DNA from: an uncultured Acidobacteriota bacterium
Lineage (GTDB): Bacteria; Acidobacteriota; Thermoanaerobaculia; Multivoradales; JAHEKO01
DNA: 15,029 nucleotides
Assembly (NCBI GenBank): GCA_963713825.1
Contig: CAVQNG010000020.1
Span: 1 to 15,029 of the forward strand
Direction: 5' to 3'
This document shows, piece after piece, positions 8,449 to 15,029 of the stretch; position 1 is the first letter of the stretch; each line of letters starts with the position of its first letter. Both the position numbers and the translations under genes were made by a program. A model generated the notes under the pieces. That model had not been told where the DNA came from. It saw only the letters and a program-made list of their open reading frames with translations, and did no database searches.

Positions 8449-10458
8449 ATGAGTCGACTTGAATCAACCATGAACCCAAATCTACCTAAGGACGGGTGCA
8501 CTGCCGGCTTGATCTTGCGAAAAGCTCTGGTCGGCGCTCTCCCAGGTGCAGTTCTCCTCGCCCCGGGGGTAATTTGGATCGACTCTTCCGATTCTTATCA
8601 AGTCCGTCCGAGTCCCACCGCTCTGGAAACCCTGGTCGAGGCGGGAAACGTGGGACACGGGCTACTCGTCGTCCAGTTTCTTGCTGCGGCGGCTCTGGGC
8701 CTGGGACTCTTCTTGCTGCTGCGCTTGTTTAGCCGATTTAGAGAATCACCAGTGGCGTGCATCGTTATGCTCCCAGCTCCTTCTGTCGGCCTCCTAACCG
8801 CAGCACTTCTGCTCGTCGCGAACGTTCGGTTTCTTAGATTTCGCATGGCACCCATCAGTCTTGTCACAGATGCAGTGATTGTTTTGCTAGGGCTGGGACT
8901 GCTGGTGGTTCTATCTCGATACTTGGCGCGATCACCTCGAATCACCCACTGGCTGGATTCCAGTCCTTTGCTGTGGGCGGGCGTTTCGGCTATTGATCCC
9001 GGGTCTCCTTTGTACTTAACCGGGAACGAAGCCTCTAGTACAGGACCAGGAGTAGACTCCGCATCTAACCAGGAGCACATCGCCTCAACGAGTAGCTCGA
9101 ATTCCGAACCAACCTCTTCCACCCAATGGAATGTCGTTCTGATCTCGATCGACACACTGAGGCCAGACCGACTCGGAATCTACGGCTACGACAGGCCGAT
9201 CTCGCCTCGCATCGATCAACTAGCCGCCAACGGAGTAGTCTTCAGTCGGGCTTATTCGACGGCTCCCTGGACGCTACCGGCTCAGATGTCGATGATCACT
9301 GGGCTTCTGCCGTCCGCTCACGGAGCGCAGCTGTCGCCTGTCTTTACCACGGAGGTCGAGAGATTGAGCCAGTCCGAGAACAACCTTGGCCGAGGTGCTG
9401 AGCAACAGTGGCTACCGCACCGGAGCATTTACGGGTGGTTCCTTTCTAAGGAAAGAAGTTCGGCTTCGAGCAAGGCTTTGACCATCTCGAAACAGGGGGG
9501 CTCCTTGCCGATCTCTGGGGAAACGCGCGACAGTGGCTCGAATCGGACTCCCGGCGGCCTTTCTTCCTCTTTCTTCACACCTACGAGGTTCACAATTACG
9601 AACCGTCAAAGGAGTTCGATGACAGGTGGGTGCGGCCAGTGCAACCCGACACAGCCCGCCGATTCAGCGACAGGCGGCAGCTGAGAAACTTCATTCTGAC
9701 CAATGGCTTCTTCAGCCTGAACGAGGATGAGCTGACTTATATCAGTGACCTTTACGACGCGACGATAGCAGAGGCGGACCGAACCGTAGGAGAGATCCTC
9801 GGCTACCTTCGATCGGAGGGCTTCGAGAACAGCACTATGGTGATTGTCACCTCCGACCACGGCGAAGAGTTCTTCGAGCACGGTGGCACCGGACATGGTT
9901 TCACCTTCTACGAGGAGATGCTGCGCATCCCGTGGATTCTGCGGTTCCCAGGGGGGCCGGAAGAGCAGTAATCGATCAGCGGGTGCAGCTGATCGACATG
10001 ATGCCTACGATCCTAGATCTCGTAGGTGTTTCTGGCCCAGAAGAGATGCAAGGCGAGAGCCTGACAGGCTTGATTCGGGGCGACAACAGCAGAGGCCTTG
10101 AAGACAGGGCGCTGATTGCAGAAGCGTCTCATCTGGGCAACGGGCGTAGCTTGATTCACGGCGACCTCAAGATCATCAGGGGCAACTATCCGCCTTCTCA
10201 CCTCTCCTCGATCGACCGGCTTCTCTTCAACCTCAGACAGATTGTCGCACGGTCCGATGACTCGTTCTTCGATCTGAAAGTGGACCCTAAGGAATTGTCC
10301 CCGAAGAATCAATCGAGCTTCGAGCAAGGTCGGTTTCTCCAAGATCTTCTGCAGGCCTATGAAGCGGTTGCCGACGAAGGAGAGATTGCGTCACCTGAAG
10401 CACAGGTGCTCTCAGAAGAAACGATCGAAGATCTTAGAGCCCTGGGTATCTGGACTGA
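8449..10458 (+). CDS. Membrane-anchored sulfatase-like hydrolase/transferase (Thr-type, no FGly motif), about 670 aa; 4 apparent frameshifts
   Basis: N-terminal TM helices, a Ser/Thr-rich linker, NVVLISIDTLRPD and APWTLPAQMSMITG. Shift near 9379 gives TTLAEVLSNSGYRTGAFTGG; shift at 9452-9454 gives FGFEQGFD...PFFLFLHTYEVH...LYDATI...TSDHGEEFFEHG; shift at G6 9951-9956 gives IDMMPTILDLVG; shift at 10444-10446 gives LRALGYLD* (TGA 10456-10458). Confidence 0.87.
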
Positions 10459-10485
10459 CAGCAATTGTTGCTTTGAACTCCCTGG

Positions 10486-12580
10486 CTACTCGACGTAGCC
10501 CAATGCCCGTAGCGCCTCGAGCGCCTTCTCCTCTTCGAACACCTCTTGCTGCTGAATGCTCGGACCGAGGATCATGGCATCTTGATCGAGCTCTTCGATC
10601 AGCATGAGCAACTCCTGTATCTCGTCTGAGCGCCGATCAGCAAGATTGACTCGTTCGAGCGGATCCGCCTCCAGATCGTAGATCTCTTCGGATCCTTTTT
10701 GACTCCGATTTCGAATGATCTTCAGATCGTCGACCCTAGCCATCTCGAGTTGCAGCACCTGGCCGAAGTACGGACTGGACAGCTGTTCTTTAGCGCCGCT
10801 CGACAGATCGGTAATCAGGCTTCGTCCATGGATCGATCGAGGTGGTTCCGCCCCTACCAGTTCGAGAACAGTAGGCATGAGGTCGACCAGCCCAACCGGC
10901 CGATCGAAGGTTCGACCTGCCGACGACAGGTCGGGCATTCGAATCAAGAGCGGAACACGCAGCACCTCCTCATACAAGGTCCTGCCGTGCTTGGTGCCCC
11001 CATGATCCAGGAACTCCTCGCCGTGATCCGAGGTCACAACGACCATCGAGTTCTCGAGCAGACCGATCTCCTCCAAGCCATCGAGAAGCCTTCCGATCTG
11101 GGTGTCGACAAACAGAATCTCACCATCGTAGAGGTCCACGGACGTTCCAATCCACTCGCGGTCGTCCTCTGAAGCACCAATACTCAACGCATCCACGCCA
11201 GACTGGCGTATCGGTATGTCGTCCTGGTGACTAAAACGCTCCGTCATAAGGTGGTGGCGGCGAGTAGGGAACATGTGGGTCGATGTAGTGCACGTAGAGG
11301 AAGAGCGGTCCAGCCTCTCGATGCCTTCGCGCCATGGTCAGGGCGATGTCCGTAATCCCATCTCCAGGTGGCAGGGCTCCGACCTTTTCTCCGAAAGCGA
11401 GCTCGGCGATTCGATTCGTCGATCTCCGAATAACCGAGCGCAGCGATCTACCCAGTTCACTCCTCTCCGACTCGTTCGGTCCTACTCGGACCCCTGTTCC
11501 TCCTTGTCCGGTCGGGGCGCCGTCCGGTTGAACTTCTCGGTCCTTCGATTCCGCAACTCGCAACTGGTTCGACAAGCTCCTTGCAACTCGGCCAACACTT
11601 GTGAATCGAAATGGACTAACGGTCTCTGGGGCACTGAAGTCGACGAATCCCTGGGTGAAACCGAACGTGGGAGCAATCAGCGGATTTGCCGTGACTCCGA
11701 TCGTCAGATATCCAGCGTCCCTGAGCGCCTCGGCTAGAGTGCGTACCGACCCGGACAGAAAATCCTGATTTGTCCTCGCTTTATGAGCTACTGGATACAG
11801 CCCAGAGAAAATCGAGGCCACTGATGGCTTGGTCCACGAAGACGCCGCCGACGCTTGGGTGAATGTGACGGCTGACTTCGCCAGGGCCTGAAGGTTCGGT
11901 GACGTAGCTCGTGAATAGCCATACATCGACAGGTGATCTGCCCTAAGGGTATCGACCAGAACAAATATGAGATTGGGTCGGTCAAGTGTAGGACTGTTCA
12001 CCGCTCCCGCTGAACTCACGGATCGCTCGCCTAATACCACCGGAGGCAGCCAGATCATGACCAGGACGAAAAGCGCCATCCAAGCCGCGGCAGCATGACT
12101 CCCAGAGATCAGCTTGCCTGAGCCCCATCTCCCCTTTGCCGAGATACGAAGTAGCCACCGGTGGAGAGTGAACGATGCCGCTCCAGCAACCCCAATACAA
12201 AGGATTAGAAGAAGACCGTTGAGAAGGAGCCCTTTCGGCGCCCACTTTGCCAGCCGCAGTCCGATCAGAAGGTAGGCAAATGCGAAGAGAGCAACAAGAA
12301 AGGAAATCGTAGAAGCTCGGACTCTGGATTCGAGAAGGCCTTTCTGTGGCCTTGCATGAACAAGTGCGATCGCCACGGCTGCGGATACAGCCCCCGCCAA
12401 CGCTCCCAAGGTGGCAAACGGGTACACCACATGGCGGTAGGCCAATGAAAAGCTGCCCGCATAGGACCCATCGGAAAATGCGAAGATCGAAGCAAATTCG
12501 GCTAGCCCTGCCAGGCAACCGATCGAGGCTCCCACCAGGGCACCCCACGCAAGGCTAGCGACCATCTTTCGAATACTCAT
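10486..12580 (-). CDS. Membrane-anchored sulfatase-like hydrolase/transferase (Thr-type), about 697 aa; 1 apparent frameshift
   Basis: ORFs 11231-12580 and 10486-11274 join with one +1 correction, likely at the A4 run 11233-11236 (YDGAF|SHQDD). About 5 TM helices, then PNLIFVLVDTLRADH, SSWTKPSVASIFSG, TLAEALRDAGY, LFLYVHYIDPH, LYDGEI, TSDHGEEFLDHG, DLMPTVLEL, YDLEADPLE and LRALGYVE*. Confidence 0.9.
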
Positions 12581-12656
12581 GAACCTACGTTTGCCTGAAG
12601 TAATCTCGGAGATTGGATGATTGATCCCTTGAGGTCGAACAGACTACCGAGGCGAC

Positions 12657-12662
12657 ATTATA
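12657..12662 (-). promoter_or_regulatory. Candidate -10 element (TATAAT) for the minus-strand sulfatase-like gene
   Basis: Perfect TATAAT about 77 nt upstream of ATG 12580 in a divergent intergenic region of a GC-rich sequence. There is no convincing -35. Confidence 0.4.
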
Positions 12663-12813
12663 AGGCTTTCGAAGTCTCGACAGCAGAGCCCGGGGCGCTT
12701 GCAGAACCGCTTTCTTCGACCGTAGTGCCGGAGTAAACAAGCGAGCAGACTCTCGGGGCTTCTTCGATTACAAGTAGAATCTTGGTGCCTGGAAGTGAGA
12801 ATAGGCCCACCGT

Positions 12814-14902
12814 ATGATGCGAAGCACGTACCACAGAGCCGAGCTTCTGAACTACTGGCCCTCGATCGCTCTGCTAACTGGCCTAGCCGCGGCCCTGCTG
12901 GACTTCAACTGGAACCTCCTTCGAAACCCGGCCCCACGAGCTCTATCCGGATCTTCTGCTAGGGCCACTGCTGTTTCTCTTCTTCGTTAGCTTGATCCTG
13001 GTCGCTACTGGACTAGGGATCGGCGGACGATTTGCACGTGCGCAGGCGGGGGACGAAGAGAGTACCTGGGTGGCAGCGTGGATCTCGTTCATTGTTCTGT
13101 GGGTCCTATTTTTCAACCTGTCGGGTTCACGGTTGTTGCTGGGTGACTTGAACTCAGTTCTGCGTCTGCTGGCAGTCACTACCGTTGCAGCGATTGGCGC
13201 CTATGTCGTCGCTCGCTTGATGGGTTCAATAACTCGGGCTCGAGCCGCGGGGAGAAGACCCGACTTTCATCAGCCTCGACGATCTGCTTCTGTTGACGAC
13301 CGCACTCCTGATTCTGTTGGTGCCTTTCCTCCTGACGGAGATCGTTCTGGTCGAGGGAATCTTGTCTGCCGGTTCGGTTCTGACGATCCTATGCTTCGCT
13401 GCGGCTGTTCTAGTTCTCGTCCTTACCTACTTTCGGAGACGGTCTGTCTTCAGATGGCTCGCCCTGGGCCTCGTGATTCTCTTCTTCGCATCGCTTGCGG
13501 TCATCGGAGCGAGGTACCGAGGCCTGACTGGATCCAAGGCAACAGCCTCCACCACCCCATCTGACCAGCCACCGATAGTCCTGATCACGATCGACACACT
13601 CCGGGCCGATTCTCTGGGTAGCTACGGCAGCGAGGCAGGCCTGACTCCAAGCCTGGATGAACTGGCCCGAAAGAGCGTCCTATTCGAGCGCACCTTGCCT
13701 CGTCCCCCTGGACCATTCCTTCCATGGCCTCGATCATGACTGGCGTCTCTTCCCTGGTCCACCAGACGCCGGAACACAGCCCAAGACCGGCCGCCGCTTC
13801 CGACAATCGCCGAGGCTCTCCAAGAAAGGGTTACCGACCCTGGGCGTGGTCCGAAACGCGCATTTGCGGGCCTCGAAGGGTTTCTCGAGAGGGTTCGACG
13901 ACTACCGCTTCTACCCCAGGACCTACCTGGCCAACTCCCTCGGAACACAGCTGCTGAAACCATCTTCCCGAAGCAATAGATGACGAAGCGACAACGGAGA
14001 AACTCACTCGACGGCCGCTGACATGGTCGAGGGGAGTCGATGGCGGCCTTTCTTCCTGTGGCTCCATGTCTTCGATCCGCACATTCCGTACGAGCCACCG
14101 GCCGAGTTCTTGCCGCAGGAGTCGAGACCTCGAGCGGTCGGGGCCCGCTTCGACCAGGTGATAGACGTCCGGTCGGGCAGGTTATTTCCCGGCCGGGCTC
14201 ATCGGCGTGGATTCGGAGCTCTACGAGGGCGAGATCCGGTATGTGGATGACGAGATCGGTCAATTCCTCTCGACACTCAAGCGACTCGACTCTTCGACCC
14301 GCCCTGATCATCGTCAGCTCTGACCATGGGGAGGAGTTCTGGGAGCACGGCGGCTTCGAACATGGGCACGCCCTGAACAACGAAGTTATCGGAGTCCCCT
14401 TGATCATCAAGCCTCCCAGGACTTCCGCGGCCGCTCCGTACGAGGCTAAGCGGATAGCTACTCCAGTCTCCATAACCAGCATCCGTTCCACAATGCTGGA
14501 AGTGGCGCAGGTGCCAGCTGCAAGCTCGACCCTGCCGCTCGGCGAATCCCTGGTGCCATATTGGACATCCGCTTCATTCGAGCGTTCAGAGGCGCCGATC
14601 GTCAGTGGTGCCTTGAAGTACTTTGGCCAGCAGCTTTCTCTGCTTCGCGGGTCCTACAAGTACATCCGGCATCTCGAAGACGGCCGTGAAGAACTCTACG
14701 ACCTGGTTGTGGATCCGGATGAGTCCGAGAACCTGGCCTCGCTCGAGCCGGACTTGACGCTGGAGCTGTCCGAAGCGCTAGATCGGGAGGTCGATGAAGG
14801 CCGACGGATCGCCAAGAGCTCGGAATCGGCCAAGGCTCTACCGAGGTCCACTTGGACAAAGAAACAGAGCGTGAGCTGCGCTCTTTGGGCTACATCGAGT
14901 AG
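12814..14902 (+). CDS. Membrane-anchored sulfatase-like hydrolase/transferase (Thr-type), about 695 aa; about 13 apparent frameshifts
   Basis: Stitched from MMRSTYHRAELL, several TM helices, PIVLITIDTLRAD, SSPWTIPSMASIMTG, LPTIAEALQE.GY.TLGVVRN, GFSRGFDDY, PFFLWLHVFDPHIPY, ELYEGEIRYVDDEIG, SSDHGEEFWEHG, ELYDLVVDPDE and ELRSLGYIE* (TAG 14900-14902). Shifts lie near 12933, 13255, 13694, 13790, 13828, 13835, 13958, 14025, 14205, 14216, 14290, 14299 and 14818. The start codon is less certain. Confidence 0.82.
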
Positions 14903-14941
14903 TCGCGACCCGAGAGGACTGTCCGCCCGGTCAAACCTCGA

Positions 14942-15029
14942 TCACGGGGAGCCGAATCGCGGCACGAACCGCGGCACCCGCTCCATGTAGGCCTCGTACT
15001 CCTCTCCGAATCGCTCCAAGAGCTCACGC
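14942..15029 (-). CDS. C-terminal end of an isoprenylcysteine carboxyl methyltransferase / phospholipid methyltransferase (ICMT/PEMT, Ste14) family protein; partial
   Basis: Minus strand reads RELLERFGEEYEAYMERVPRFVPRFGSP* (TGA 14942-14944), matching the family's C-terminal L..RFG..Y..Y...VPR..P signature. It is not in the ORF track. Confidence 0.8.
   Translation of the reverse strand, partial: RELLERFGEEYEAYMERVPRFVPRFGSP

Noticed and set aside
10460-10472. AGCAA-TTG-TTGCT hairpin between convergent sulfatase-like genes as a terminator
   Set aside because: A 5-bp AT-rich stem is too weak to call.
650-14820. Programmed frameshifting, phase variation or an alternative genetic code
   Set aside because: There are too many shifts in both directions, the runs are short (mostly 2-4 nt), no slippery heptamer with a stimulator is evident, and TAG/TGA act as normal stops.
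8449-14902. Calling the three genes true arylsulfatases or choline sulfatases
   Set aside because: None has the C/S-x-P-x-R formylglycine motif; Thr occupies the nucleophile position.
55-14990. Numerous short antisense or off-frame ORFs (e.g. 55..375, 3839..4444, 5753..6418, 6372..6869, 13622..14491)
   Set aside because: They overlap well-supported genes, lack motifs and are expected in GC-rich DNA.
1-15029. Frequent TCGA/CGATCG words as a HIP1-like repeat; CRISPR, tRNA or IS elements
   Set aside because: The words are plausibly explained by ATC/GTC/CTC-GAx codon pairs and enrichment was not computed. I saw no spaced repeats, tRNA-like folds, transposase motifs or terminal inverted repeats.

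Overview
GC-rich bacterial cell-envelope glycan locus with about ten protein genes and no RNA genes, CRISPR array or mobile element that I can see. From left to right: a truncated WcaJ/WbaP-like priming phosphoglycosyltransferase (-); a membrane-anchored NPP-like alkaline-phosphatase (AlkP) superfamily protein (+); an LPG-synthase-TM flippase-like protein (-); a translationally coupled FAD oxidoreductase / GtrB-ArnC-type GT2 / ArnT-PMT-type GT-C run (+); three membrane-anchored sulfatase-fold proteins (+, -, +); and the 3' end of an ICMT/PEMT-family methyltransferase (-). Five genes are split in the ORF track by about 25 single-base indels plus one in-frame TAA, many at homopolymers. Hand repair restores the family motifs, which points to long-read consensus error rather than true pseudogenes. 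The main signal is that none of the four AlkP-fold proteins has the C/S-x-P-x-R formylglycine motif. All four have Thr or Ser at the nucleophile position, an LtaS/EptA-like multi-TM plus catalytic-domain layout, and a terminal L(R/K)(A/S)LGY(I/L/V)(E/D)* motif. They may be glycan-decorating transferases working with a lipid-linked extracytoplasmic glycosylation module; this is inference. All family calls come from motif recognition, and no searches were run.
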